A stretch of DNA of 64,000 nucleotides from Gammaproteobacteria bacterium. GTDB taxonomy: Bacteria; Pseudomonadota; Gammaproteobacteria; Eutrophobiales; Eutrophobiaceae. The notes below the pieces were generated by a model, which was not told the origin of the DNA, did not search any database, and saw only the letters and a program-made list of their open reading frames with translations. How positions within the stretch are numbered: the stretch's first letter is position 1; each line of letters begins with the position of its first letter. The stretch lies in NCBI GenBank assembly GCA_965243115.1, contig CBDEUD010000003.1:1748007-1812006 (forward strand). The letters run 5' to 3'. Both the position numbers and the translations under genes were made by a program. Shown piece by piece: positions 1 to 9,533 of the stretch.

Positions 1-464
1 TGTACGCGGAAAACGGTGATGTTCTCGGCGGGGTGGAAGACGGTAACCGGCTGGCTTCAGTACCGGATCTCCAGCTATCCGGCAATGCAACTTACACGGT
101 TCCCACCGGGTGGTTCAACGGCGCAGACTTCTTCGTGCAAGCCACGGTACAACACGTTGGTGAGCGCATCACCCAACCCAGTGATCAAGTCGCCGGGGCC
201 GGGGCTTTTGTCAGCGGTCTGAGTTTTGCCGGTGCCTCCGGCACGGAGGCCACCCATCTCGACCTGGAACTGGACTCTTATACCCTGGCCAACCTGAATG
301 CCGGTTTTACCGGTGAAAACTGGGAAGCTGTGCTTTACGTTACCAACGTTACCGATGAAAACGTAAACCTGTCTTTCGACCGCGAGCGGGGCGGACGTGC
401 ACGTTTGGGTTTTCGCACCAATCAGCCACGCACGGCAGGGTTTACCTATCGAAAGTTTTATTAA
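1..464 (+). CDS. TonB-dependent receptor, C-terminal fragment (N-terminus lies upstream of the window)
   Basis: The ORF runs in from the window edge. The translation has beta-barrel-like alternating residues and the typical terminal aromatic end ...GFTYRKFY. Confidence 0.55.
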   Translation, partial: YAENGDVLGGVEDGNRLASVPDLQLSGNATYTVPTGWFNGADFFVQATVQHVGERITQPSDQVAGAGAFVSGLSFAGASGTEATHLDLELDSYTLANLNAGFTGENWEAVLYVTNVTDENVNLSFDRERGGRARLGFRTNQPRTAGFTYRKFY

Positions 465-695
465 CACGAAAAGCGCAAGTTAAATATCTTTCTCAAAAAC
501 TGGCTGCTGCAACGAATGATCAGGTGGGACTTGCGTTGGAAGAAGAGAATTTGCCGCGCAGTATACATATGGCTTACGTTTTCCGTTCTGAAGCAACCCC
601 GTAAGAGTTTTGAGTGGTCGGAACAAACAGGGATGAAACCAATCTAACTTGATAGTTCAAATCTGGGAAGAGAAACCAAAACGCGGGAGTTAGCG

Positions 696-923
696 ATGCA
701 ACAGAATTGGGCAAGGATACTACTGACGATCCTTAAACACGCAGCAGTGCTGTTCACACTCTTCATTGCTTTTCACTTCGCTTTATTTCTTGGTCTGCAA
801 GTTCATCCCATACTCGGAAATCTCGGGATCATTACGGTAATGTTGCTGGCAGTGTTGTACGTCTATATCGGCTGGGTCAAGCCGATAAGACGCGCAATAA
901 CTGCATCAAAAGACCAGAACTAG
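696..923 (+). CDS. small hypothetical membrane protein (two predicted TM helices)
   Basis: 75-aa ORF with two hydrophobic stretches. No recognisable family. Confidence 0.3.
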   Translation: MQQNWARILLTILKHAAVLFTLFIAFHFALFLGLQVHPILGNLGIITVMLLAVLYVYIGWVKPIRRAITASKDQN

Positions 924-1157
924 ACGCGCAACGTAAAAAAAACCTCAGTATCGGGTTCTACGGGTCCGAAACAACTCATCCGGGGATATCCGGCACCTCG
1001 ATCGGACAGTCCGGTTGAGACTCGCGTCGCCGGCAAGCGCAGCCTCGCACGGGAACAGCAGCCCGGCGATAAAAAGAACGGGGCCCGGATGCAAACCAAG
1101 GCCAATTTTCATAAACTGTTCGCGCTGTGTAACAAGTGATGGGGTCAATAGCAATAA

Positions 1158-1925
1158 ATGGATATATTAATTTTTGGCATGTTGTTTCTGACCGGAGTAC
1201 TGGCCGGAGTCTTTAATGCCATTGCCGGGGGTGGCGCGTTTTTCACGTTCCCGGCATTTTTGGCTGCCGGGCTTCCGCCGATTGTGGCCAATGCTTCCAA
1301 CTGCATCGCGGTCTGGCCTGCTAATGCATTGGCTGTCGTCGGCTATAGAAGTGAATTACGCAAACATACCCGCGGATTAGGCAAGTCAATATTGATAGCT
1401 CTTCTCGGGGGTGGGCTCGGCGCGTTCATGCTCATTTTTACCGGCAATGCGGCATTCGTAAAACTGATCCCGTTTCTCATACTGTTCGCAACCCTGCTGT
1501 TCACTTTGGGCAGACGCTTCAGCGGCTTGCTTGCCGCATATACCGATAACCAGTCATTTACCAGCCCCGGGTTGTTTACCAGGTTCCTGGTGTTTATTTT
1601 TGCGTTCTACGGCGGTTATTTCGGCGCCGGGCTGGGGGTTATGCTCATGGCAGGATTACACATGCTGGGCGTTCATGATATTCAGGCGAACAATGCGTTA
1701 AAAAACCTGCTGGCTTCAGCGTGCACGGGCGTTGCTTTGGTTATATTTACATTTTCAGGGATCGTTGCCTGGCCGTATGCCCTGGTTGCATTTACCGGCG
1801 CCGTCCTGGGAGGTTTGCTTGGCGCACGTATTGCCCAGTGGTTGCCTGCCGTGTACTTCCGCGGAGTTGTAATTGTCATCGGCATGTTTTTGAGTGCCTA
1901 TTATTTCATCAAGTATTATGGCTGA
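1158..1925 (+). CDS. TSUP/TauE-SafE family (DUF81) anion exporter-like permease
   Basis: 255 aa, polytopic. N-terminal LTGVLAGVFNAIAGGGAFFTFPAFLAAGLPP and a repeated GGxxG-rich half are typical of TauE/SafE permeases. Confidence 0.7.
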   Translation: MDILIFGMLFLTGVLAGVFNAIAGGGAFFTFPAFLAAGLPPIVANASNCIAVWPANALAVVGYRSELRKHTRGLGKSILIALLGGGLGAFMLIFTGNAAFVKLIPFLILFATLLFTLGRRFSGLLAAYTDNQSFTSPGLFTRFLVFIFAFYGGYFGAGLGVMLMAGLHMLGVHDIQANNALKNLLASACTGVALVIFTFSGIVAWPYALVAFTGAVLGGLLGARIAQWLPAVYFRGVVIVIGMFLSAYYFIKYYG

Positions 1926-1964
1926 GCCTGCGCCGACAACTCTGTTCACTGCCTGGCAGTCCCG

Positions 1965-2693
1965 TCAGACAGACCACCCGCCGTCGATGGGGATGACCGC
2001 GCCGGTGGTATAGGAAGATTCGTCCGAGGCCAGGTACAAAGCGAGGTTGGCGATCTCATCGGCTGAGCCAAGCCGTCCCATGGGCTGGCGGTTTTCGAAA
2101 TCCCTGCGCGCCTGTACCGGATCGGCGAACGCGTTCAGGCGATCCTGCAACGACGGCGTGTCGACCGTCCCGGGACAGATCGCGTTGCAGCGGATGCCCT
2201 GCTTCACGTAGTCCAGGGCAACGGATTTGGTCATACCGATGACCGCCGCCTTGGTGGCGCCGTAGACAAAACGGTCCGGCGCCGCGGTCAGGGTACTGAC
2301 GACGGAGGACATGTTGATGATGGCGCCGCCGCCCGCGGCCAGCATAGCGGGAAGAAACGCTTTTATCATGCGGTACATGGACTTGACGTTAAGCTCGAAA
2401 GAATAATCCCAGTCATCTTCCGCGCAATCCAGGATGGGGCCGTTGGCGACGTAGCCGGCGCAGTTGAACAGGATGTCGACGGCGCCCAGTTCGGCGGCAA
2501 GGTCCTCGATGGCAGCCTGGTCGGTGACGTCCAGCCGCCGTGTCCTGCACCCGGCCAGGTTCCGTAGCGCGGCCTCGTTGATATCGGTGGTGATAACCTC
2601 GGCGCCTTCCCTGGAAAAAAGCTCGGCGGTGGCTTTGCCGATTCCCTGACCGGCAGCCGTAATTAGCGCGGTTTTGTTTTTTAAACGGGGCAT
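1965..2693 (-). CDS. short-chain dehydrogenase/reductase (SDR)
   Basis: TALITAAGQGIGKATA Rossmann motif, NAG motif and a YxxxK-like catalytic region. The start was chosen at the internal MPRLKNK (243 aa) rather than the longest ORF. Confidence 0.8.
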   Translation of the reverse strand: MPRLKNKTALITAAGQGIGKATAELFSREGAEVITTDINEAALRNLAGCRTRRLDVTDQAAIEDLAAELGAVDILFNCAGYVANGPILDCAEDDWDYSFELNVKSMYRMIKAFLPAMLAAGGGAIINMSSVVSTLTAAPDRFVYGATKAAVIGMTKSVALDYVKQGIRCNAICPGTVDTPSLQDRLNAFADPVQARRDFENRQPMGRLGSADEIANLALYLASDESSYTTGAVIPIDGGWSV

Positions 2694-2706
2694 GGAACTG
2701 ACCCTG

Positions 2707-2976
2707 TCAGGGATGAAAGACAAACCCGGAACCGTCCGCGAAACGCTCGTAACGGTAAGGCGAGATATCGAATTTCGGCGCTTCACCGGCAACCACGCCT
2801 TTTTCACACAGGACGGTACTGACGCCTCTCTCCGACAGGTTCAGCGCGGTGATGACACCGAGCAGGCCGCCACCGATGACCACGGCGTCCGCCTCGGGCG
2901 GCAGCTCCCGGTCGCTGTCCACGGCCTGCGCACGGGTAACGCCCGGCACGATGCCGCAACCACTGAATTCAATCAT
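2707..2976 (-). pseudogene. N-terminal remnant of an FAD-dependent oxidoreductase (DAO-like Rossmann fold only)
   Basis: 89-aa ORF with DAVVIGGGLLGVITALNLSERG dinucleotide-binding motif. It ends abruptly 14 bp before the SDR start and is far shorter than the ~400 aa typical for the family. Confidence 0.35.
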
Positions 2977-3033
2977 TGTATTGCTTCAACCTGGGATTCC
3001 AGCATCTGTTCATAATAACCCGTATTCCATATA

Positions 3034-4425
3034 TTAGGCCGGCAGGATGTTGGCGTTCAACCTGAACAGGTTGCCGGGGTCATATTTGCGCTTGACCTCG
3101 CGCAGGCGCCGGTAATTGACACCGTAGGTTTCCCTGACCAGGCCTTCGCCGTCTTCGTTGTAACAGGTCATGTTGAGGTAGCCGCTGTTGCCGGACGAGA
3201 AGCGGGCCGCCATGTCCTCCCATACCCTGCGGGTCCAGGCGATGTTGGCGTCCGTATCCCCGGCATCCGTCCACGATGAGTTGAACTCCATGAGGTACGG
3301 CATGGCGCGGCTGCCGAACGCGGTTGCCCCGGCGTCGACCCGGGCGCTGGCGCCGCGCAGGTCGTGCAATACGAACGGCGTGCGTTTGGCGGGGCGTTCA
3401 TTGAAGACCGTTATCAGGGCGTCGAACACCGCGTCCGTCATACGGTCCAGGTACAGCGATTTCCAGTAGTTCAGCAGTTCACCCTTCGGCAGGTACACGT
3501 CGAACATCTGCTGCACGGCCGTGAACGGCCGCGGCGCGCTGAGGTCGGCGAGCGGCGTCGCCAGTTCCCGCAACGGCTGTACGTAACGCTCGCCTTCAGC
3601 GGCCGGTCCGGCGTAGACGCCGGCCGGGATCACCACATCCTCGCCGCGCAGGTGCGGCGGGAAGGTGTCGTGGTCCGGGATCGTCCAGAAAAAGAATTCG
3701 GTCGTGAATTCGTCGGGCGCGGTCCGCATGAATTCCCGCCAGCCCTGCAGGATTTCGCGCGCCTGCGTCCCGGCGTATACCGGCGCGCAATGCATGACGA
3801 CGGGTCCCAGCGGGTGCAGGCGGAATTCGAAGGTCGTGACGATGCCGAAATTGCCCCCGCCGCCGCGTACCGCCCAGAACAGGTCCGGGTGCTCCGCTGC
3901 GTTTGCGCGGCGCAGCTCGCCGTCGGCAGTGACGATGTCGACACCGATGATGTTATCGACTGTCATGCCGTACTTGCCGCGCACCCAGCCGAAGCCGCCG
4001 CCGAGCGCAAGTCCGGCAATGCCCGTTTCCGACACCACGCCGGCCGGCGCCACCAGGCCGAACTGCTGGGTTTCGTGGTCGATGTCGCCCAGGGTGGCGC
4101 CGCCGCTGACCCAGGCAACCCGCTGCCCGGCATCGACGCGGACGCCGCGCATCAGGGACAGGTCGATCATCAAACCGCCATCACAACTGGCATTGCCCGC
4201 CACCCCGTGACCGCCGCCGCGCACGGCCGCCGGCAGGTTGTTTTCCCGCGCCGTATTCACGCAATGGCGCACGTCGGCAACGCCGGTGCAGCGCACGATT
4301 GCCGCCGGGCGCTTGTCGATCATGCCGTTGTGCAGGCCCCGTGCTGAGTCGTAACCTGCGTCCCCCGGACATAACACCGCGCCGCGCACGTTGTCCTTTA
4401 GCGACTGGATGTTGGAATCGTGCAT
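3034..4425 (-). CDS. FAD-linked oxidase (PCMH-type FAD-binding domain, BBE-like C-terminus)
   Basis: GGGHGVAGNA...GGGFGWVRGKYG...RGGGGNFGIVTTFEFRLH motifs of the FAD_binding_4 family. C-terminal YDPGNLFRLNANI resembles a BBE domain. Confidence 0.8.
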   Translation of the reverse strand: MHDSNIQSLKDNVRGAVLCPGDAGYDSARGLHNGMIDKRPAAIVRCTGVADVRHCVNTARENNLPAAVRGGGHGVAGNASCDGGLMIDLSLMRGVRVDAGQRVAWVSGGATLGDIDHETQQFGLVAPAGVVSETGIAGLALGGGFGWVRGKYGMTVDNIIGVDIVTADGELRRANAAEHPDLFWAVRGGGGNFGIVTTFEFRLHPLGPVVMHCAPVYAGTQAREILQGWREFMRTAPDEFTTEFFFWTIPDHDTFPPHLRGEDVVIPAGVYAGPAAEGERYVQPLRELATPLADLSAPRPFTAVQQMFDVYLPKGELLNYWKSLYLDRMTDAVFDALITVFNERPAKRTPFVLHDLRGASARVDAGATAFGSRAMPYLMEFNSSWTDAGDTDANIAWTRRVWEDMAARFSSGNSGYLNMTCYNEDGEGLVRETYGVNYRRLREVKRKYDPGNLFRLNANILPA

Positions 4426-4566
4426 ATAGTTGAGTTTTACGGGTGGTGGCTGCTGCAGGCTTACTCCAGGATACTCTTGCCTGGTTGTTCCCGGGTCACA
4501 AACCGGCTGTGTGTCTGGGTCATGTGCTGTTTCTCGCGGCTGCTTTCCAAATGAACACGGTTGTAT

Positions 4567-5433
4567 TCACAGAAACTCACGCAGTTCCGCAACGAACTGC
4601 TCAAGTTGATCATGGTGCGGCCAGTGGCCGGCATTCCCGTACAGGGAAACCTCCGCATTACTGAAATAAGCCAGCCTGCCGTCTTCTGCCGGGTTGGATG
4701 CCCAGCTGTCCTTGCCGTAGATCAGGCGGGTAGGGCAGGTGATCGAACCCCAGAGCTGCCTGATGATCTCCGGTTCCAGGTCAACCGGCGGAAATACGCG
4801 CACGCAGTTATCGAATTTCCAGCTGTAGGTGCCGTCTTCGTTCTGGATGATGCCGTGATGGGTGAGGTGGCGGGCCTGCTCATCCGCCAGGTAGCTGTTT
4901 GCCGTCTTCATGCGCCGGTACGCTTCCTCCAGCGTTTCGTAGCGCTTCGGTTGCCTGCCCGCCAGTTGCCGCCTTTCTTCTATCCAGTTACGCAGGCGCT
5001 GCGGCATGGTCATGGATTCCAGTTGCGCGATGTGTTCCGGTCCCAGCGCCATGCCCTCGACAACGACGAGTTTGCGCACCGCATCCGGATACAGGCCCGT
5101 GTAGCGCAATGAGATCGACCCGCCCAGGGAATGTCCGACTATCGTGACCGGCTGCAATTCGAGCTGGTGTACCAGTTGCGCCAGGTCGTAGACGTAAGCA
5201 GACATGGAATAGGTGCCGTCCGGCGACCAGTCACTGTCGCCGTGACCCCTGAGGTCGGGCGCAAGCACGTGCCAGTCCCGGGCCAGGGCCCGCGCGGTCC
5301 AGTCCCAGCTTCTGCAGTGATCCCTGCTGCCGTGTACCAGCAACAGGGGCGGCGCGCCGGGATTGCCCCAATCGACATAGTGCAGGCGCAGGCGCTGGGA
5401 AATATAGATATGGGAAGTGGGCCCGGTAATCAT
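4567..5433 (-). CDS. alpha/beta hydrolase (epoxide-hydrolase/haloalkane-dehalogenase-like fold)
   Basis: HGSRDHCRSWD ... GHSLGGSI nucleophile elbow, C-terminal His. Confidence 0.75.
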   Translation of the reverse strand: MITGPTSHIYISQRLRLHYVDWGNPGAPPLLLVHGSRDHCRSWDWTARALARDWHVLAPDLRGHGDSDWSPDGTYSMSAYVYDLAQLVHQLELQPVTIVGHSLGGSISLRYTGLYPDAVRKLVVVEGMALGPEHIAQLESMTMPQRLRNWIEERRQLAGRQPKRYETLEEAYRRMKTANSYLADEQARHLTHHGIIQNEDGTYSWKFDNCVRVFPPVDLEPEIIRQLWGSITCPTRLIYGKDSWASNPAEDGRLAYFSNAEVSLYGNAGHWPHHDQLEQFVAELREFL

Positions 5434-5538
5434 GACCAGTTCGGGATGAGGGGCCGCTCGCAGCTGTTCATGACTTTAACCATGTTGAGAACCGACCTGT
5501 CAGCCCCGGGAACGGAACAGCGGACGCTGTTCTGGCCG

Positions 5539-6009
5539 CTAACCCTTGTCAGGCGCAGAAACGGCGATGCATTCAACTTCCACCCGGGCGTCAAGCGCCA
5601 GGCCGCTTGAGCCGAAAGCACTGCGCGCGGGATAGGGTCCGGTAAAATAGGTGATGTAGACCTCGTTGAATTTTTCCCATTCCGCAATATCCGCGAGCAT
5701 CACGGTACACTTGACCAGGTCTTTCAGTTCATAGCCGTGTGCCTTGAGAGTTTGCCGGATGTTGTCCATCGTCTGGCGCGTCTCCGCCGCAATGCCGCCG
5801 GGTTTCAGCTCGAGTGTTCCGGGAATCACGCCTACCTGCCCGGACAGGTACAGGGTATCGCCGACTTTAACTGCTTCCGAGAACGGAAAACCGGGGGGAA
5901 GTATGGTATTTGAATTTAAAAATTCAGGCATTTCTTCAACTATTGCATCAAATGTTGCAAATAGCAAGATAAGGAAGGTCAGGGCTGATTTCATATCGAC
6001 TCTCAACAT
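5539..6009 (-). CDS. RidA/YjgF family protein with N-terminal signal peptide
   Basis: TLYLSGQVG...AETRQTMDNI...ARSAFG...RVEVECIAV matches the RidA fold. The N-terminus is a hydrophobic signal-like segment. Confidence 0.7.
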   Translation of the reverse strand: MLRVDMKSALTFLILLFATFDAIVEEMPEFLNSNTILPPGFPFSEAVKVGDTLYLSGQVGVIPGTLELKPGGIAAETRQTMDNIRQTLKAHGYELKDLVKCTVMLADIAEWEKFNEVYITYFTGPYPARSAFGSSGLALDARVEVECIAVSAPDKG

Positions 6010-6038
6010 GGTGCAATTTTTAAACTATACTGTCCCGC

Positions 6039-6386
6039 ATGGGTAAATATAAACATTATTTACTGCCGCTGGTGTTATTTTCATTCACTTCCCAGGGTTT
6101 GGCAAACGCCTTTCAGGTCTGCACGGAAACAGTTCGCACCCCTGTTGAAAGTCAGCCTGGCGTTATTGAGACGGCGACCGACTGCCACCAGACCGAAGCC
6201 GGAACAAACAATAGTCCCGATGCCTGTAATGCCCAGCATTGCTGTCCCGGCGCCACGTTCTCTGCCGTGTACTCTTCCGGTCAATCACCGGTGAACATGG
6301 GCAAGGCGCGTGCCGGCAATCCTGAGCAGGTCTATATTTATTCCACCCTGAACGATATCTATCATCCCCCCAAACTATCTCTGTAA
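6039..6386 (+). CDS. secreted Cys-containing hypothetical protein
   Basis: Signal peptide MGKYKHYLLPLVLFSFTSQGLANA, several Cys. Lies directly upstream of the copper oxidase. Confidence 0.35.
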   Translation: MGKYKHYLLPLVLFSFTSQGLANAFQVCTETVRTPVESQPGVIETATDCHQTEAGTNNSPDACNAQHCCPGATFSAVYSSGQSPVNMGKARAGNPEQVYIYSTLNDIYHPPKLSL

Positions 6387-6513
6387 CCCGTATCTCCCGA
6401 CCGGGAATACGGGCTGATCTTTGTTGAACTCACAGCTGTTGCAGGGTAACCGGGTTGATCCCGGGAACCTGTTGAAGCAACGGTAAGCCAAATGATTAAC
6501 CTGGTCATGATAG

Positions 6514-8532
6514 ATGCGCAAGTCTGTCTTATACGTGTTATGCCTGATTGTCCTGTCCGTGCCGGACCGGGCCGCGGCCGTTACGGTCAGTTATGAATTT
6601 GATATTGATTACCGCGCAATAAACATTACGGGGGAAGCGGTAACCGCGCTGGTCATCGACGGCAACATTCCCGGACCGACTATCGAGGCGGACCTGAACG
6701 ACACGCTCAGGATCACGTTCAACAACCGCATGGACGTGGATACCTCGATCCACTGGCACGGCGTGCTGCTGCCGAATGACCAGGACGGCGTGCCTTACCT
6801 GACCACACCGCCCATCGCCGCCGGGAGTTCGCTGACGTTTGAGTATCCGGTCACCCATAGCGGCACCTACTGGTACCATGCCCATACGGGTTTGCAGGAG
6901 CAGCGGGGACTCTACGGCGCGCTGGTGTTCCGCGACCCGGATGAGACCTACCGCTATGACAAGGACCTGGTCCTGGTATTGTCGGACTGGACCGATGAAC
7001 ACCCGCATACGGTGCTGAGAAACCTCAAGCGCGAGGATGACTACTATGCGCTGAAAAAGGACACCGTCCAGTCCTGGCAGGGCGTCCTGAAAAACGGGAA
7101 ACAGGCGATCAGGAACAGGATCGACGGCGCGCTCATACGCATGGGACCCATGGACCTGTCCGATGTGGGCTATGATGCGTTCCTGATTAACGGCAAGCAA
7201 AGTCTGCATGATACGGAAATTAAACAGGGAGAAACGATCAGGCTCAGGGTCATCAATGCCTCGGCCTCGAGTTATTTCCATGTCGAGTTCAGCGGCGGCG
7301 ACATGCTCCTGATCGAAGCGGATGGCGTCCCCGTTGTCGAGAGAACCGTGGAGCGGTTGCGCCTGGCTACAGCGGAAACATACGATGTGCTGGTGCATAT
7401 CCGCGACAGTAAACGCTACGAACTGCGGGCCACGGCGGAAGATGTATCGGGGCATGCTTCCTTTTATCTTGGCGCCGGTGAGGCGGTTCCGGTGCTGCCC
7501 GCGATCAAGCCCAATTTGTACCTGGTCGGCCATGGCAGCCACGGCCGCAGACGCGGCAGGATGGTGCACGACGACCGGCATGGCCACATGCATCATACGA
7601 GTGAGTATGCCGCCTTGAAGGCGAAAAAGAGGACTGCTTTTGATGCCTCCCGGAAAACCAGGGAAATCGACCTGAGATTGACCGGAAGCATGGAAAGGTA
7701 CACCTGGTCGTTCGATAACAGGACCCTGACCGAGGTCGACAAGATCAGGATCAACCGGGGTGAGATCGTCCGTTTCAACCTGATCAACGAAACGATGATG
7801 CATCACCCCATCCACCTGCACGGCCATTTCTTCCGGGTGCTGAACGGTCAGGGAGAATATGCGCCGCTGAAACACACGGTGAACGTGCCGCCACTGGATA
7901 CGGTCACGATAGAATTTGCCGCCAGCGAGGAGAAAGACTGGTTCTTCCATTGCCATAATCTCTACCACATGAAGAGCGGCATGGCACGGGTGGTGAGTTA
8001 CACGCCCGCGGGGGAAGATGATTATTTCAACTCGAAATTCTACCGGTACCACGTAGAAAACGACGATCCCTGGTATCGCTTTGCGGACACGGCATTCCTG
8101 TCGCAGATGCTGGCCGGACGGCTGTGGGCCTACAACAGGTATAACGGCTTTGAGGTGGAATATGATTATGACTACGGGGACGAATACGATGTCGACGTTA
8201 CCTACCACAGGCAGCTGACCCGGTTCCTGGCCCTGTATGCCGGCGCAGGCTTTGAACGCGAGGACAGCGCGCAGAACAAGGGGATAGCCGGTGTGAGCTA
8301 CGTGTTGCCGTTGTTGATCGACTCGGAGTTGCGCATCGATACCGGCGGCCACTTGCGCCTGGAACTGGAAAGCCATCTGCAGTTGACGCAGCGCACGCGC
8401 TTTCACTGGAACTGGAATACCGATGATGAATATCGAGCACAGTTCAGCTATGAAATCAACAAGAAGACCGTTGTAACGGGCGGGTATGATTCTGATTTCA
8501 AGCTGGGGGCGGGATTTGAATACAGGTATTGA
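6514..8532 (+). CDS. copA: multicopper oxidase (CopA-like) fused to a CopB-like outer-membrane domain
   Basis: Signal peptide. Copper-site motifs HWHG, HAH, HPIHLHGH and HCHNLYHMKSGM. The C-terminal ~170 aa (LRLELESHLQLTQRTRF ... GAGFEYRY) resembles CopB/PcoB barrel sequence. Confidence 0.8.
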   Translation: MRKSVLYVLCLIVLSVPDRAAAVTVSYEFDIDYRAINITGEAVTALVIDGNIPGPTIEADLNDTLRITFNNRMDVDTSIHWHGVLLPNDQDGVPYLTTPPIAAGSSLTFEYPVTHSGTYWYHAHTGLQEQRGLYGALVFRDPDETYRYDKDLVLVLSDWTDEHPHTVLRNLKREDDYYALKKDTVQSWQGVLKNGKQAIRNRIDGALIRMGPMDLSDVGYDAFLINGKQSLHDTEIKQGETIRLRVINASASSYFHVEFSGGDMLLIEADGVPVVERTVERLRLATAETYDVLVHIRDSKRYELRATAEDVSGHASFYLGAGEAVPVLPAIKPNLYLVGHGSHGRRRGRMVHDDRHGHMHHTSEYAALKAKKRTAFDASRKTREIDLRLTGSMERYTWSFDNRTLTEVDKIRINRGEIVRFNLINETMMHHPIHLHGHFFRVLNGQGEYAPLKHTVNVPPLDTVTIEFAASEEKDWFFHCHNLYHMKSGMARVVSYTPAGEDDYFNSKFYRYHVENDDPWYRFADTAFLSQMLAGRLWAYNRYNGFEVEYDYDYGDEYDVDVTYHRQLTRFLALYAGAGFEREDSAQNKGIAGVSYVLPLLIDSELRIDTGGHLRLELESHLQLTQRTRFHWNWNTDDEYRAQFSYEINKKTVVTGGYDSDFKLGAGFEYRY

Positions 8533-8616
8533 GCCGGTACTGCGCGCCCGGCACATGGAAACAGCTTACCGGCTGGTTAAACCGGTTCTATCACGAGATG
8601 TAATGATGCGCGCTTA

Positions 8617-9447
8617 TCAGGTATCCATGTAGGTCCGGAGAAAACGTTTGATGCCTGCGATATAGGCTTCTTTACTCAATAAAAACCCGTTGTTGTGATC
8701 CCCGGCAATAGGGAGGAACATCTTCGGTTCCGGCGCGTACTCAAACAAACGTTGTCCCAACCTGACCGGCACTACGTCATCCTGCTGGCTATGGATAACC
8801 AGGACCGGGCACGTGAACGAGGAAATATATTCATCCACCGGGTAATGTATCCGTGCGATCCAGGAAACAGGCAGGTAGGGATAATAGTGTTTTCCCAGGT
8901 CCTTGATGGACGTGAACGTGGATTCCAGTATCACCGCTGCGGGCGCGACCTTTGCCGTCAACCAGGCGGCCACCGCGCCGCCCAGGGAGCGGCCGAACAC
9001 GATGATCTCATGCGGGCGTAACCGGCGTTCATCAACCAGGTAATTCCAGGCAGCCATTGCATCCCGGTAGGTGCCGTGTTCGGACGGCCGCCCGCCGCTC
9101 CTGCCGTAGCCGCGGTAATCGATGATGAAAACCGCCAAACCGATGTCGTGGAATATGGAAATTGATTCAAGACGGTGGGACAGGTTTCCGGCGTTGCCGT
9201 GAAAAAACAGCAGGGTTGCTTTTGCATCCGGGTGAGGAACATACCAGCCGTGGATCCTGATGTTGTCGTCCGTGAGCAGGTAAACATCCTCATAATGCAA
9301 TCCGGCAGTTTCAGGCGTGTCGCCGATCCTCTTGCCGGGAAAAAAGACCATTTTTTCCTGGAACACAAAGAGCAGGACCATCAAACCAAGAAAAAGCGCA
9401 GAAATGACAAGGACAAGGGAACTCAGCATACGCAGTAATGGCGGCAT
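8617..9447 (-). CDS. alpha/beta hydrolase (membrane-anchored, ABHD13/BEM46-like)
   Basis: N-terminal TM segment, HGNAGN and GRSLGG nucleophile motif, C-terminal D/H. Start placed at the internal Met MPPLLRML. Confidence 0.65.
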   Translation of the reverse strand: MPPLLRMLSSLVLVISALFLGLMVLLFVFQEKMVFFPGKRIGDTPETAGLHYEDVYLLTDDNIRIHGWYVPHPDAKATLLFFHGNAGNLSHRLESISIFHDIGLAVFIIDYRGYGRSGGRPSEHGTYRDAMAAWNYLVDERRLRPHEIIVFGRSLGGAVAAWLTAKVAPAAVILESTFTSIKDLGKHYYPYLPVSWIARIHYPVDEYISSFTCPVLVIHSQQDDVVPVRLGQRLFEYAPEPKMFLPIAGDHNNGFLLSKEAYIAGIKRFLRTYMDT

Positions 9448-9533
9448 CAGGAAAGTGTAAGACCTGGAAGTCCGGGTATGATACGTTAACCGGCAAGTGT
9501 AACAAAGGGGAAGCACTGTTAATACCTGCCATT

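Noticed and set aside
3364-4347. 327-aa plus-strand ORF inside the FAD-linked oxidase gene
   Set aside because: Arg/Pro-rich low-complexity translation antisense to a well-supported gene.
6538-8556. 672-aa ORF on the minus strand exactly antisense to the copA gene
   Set aside because: Typical high-GC antisense artefact. No recognisable motifs, whereas the plus-strand ORF has complete multicopper-oxidase motifs.
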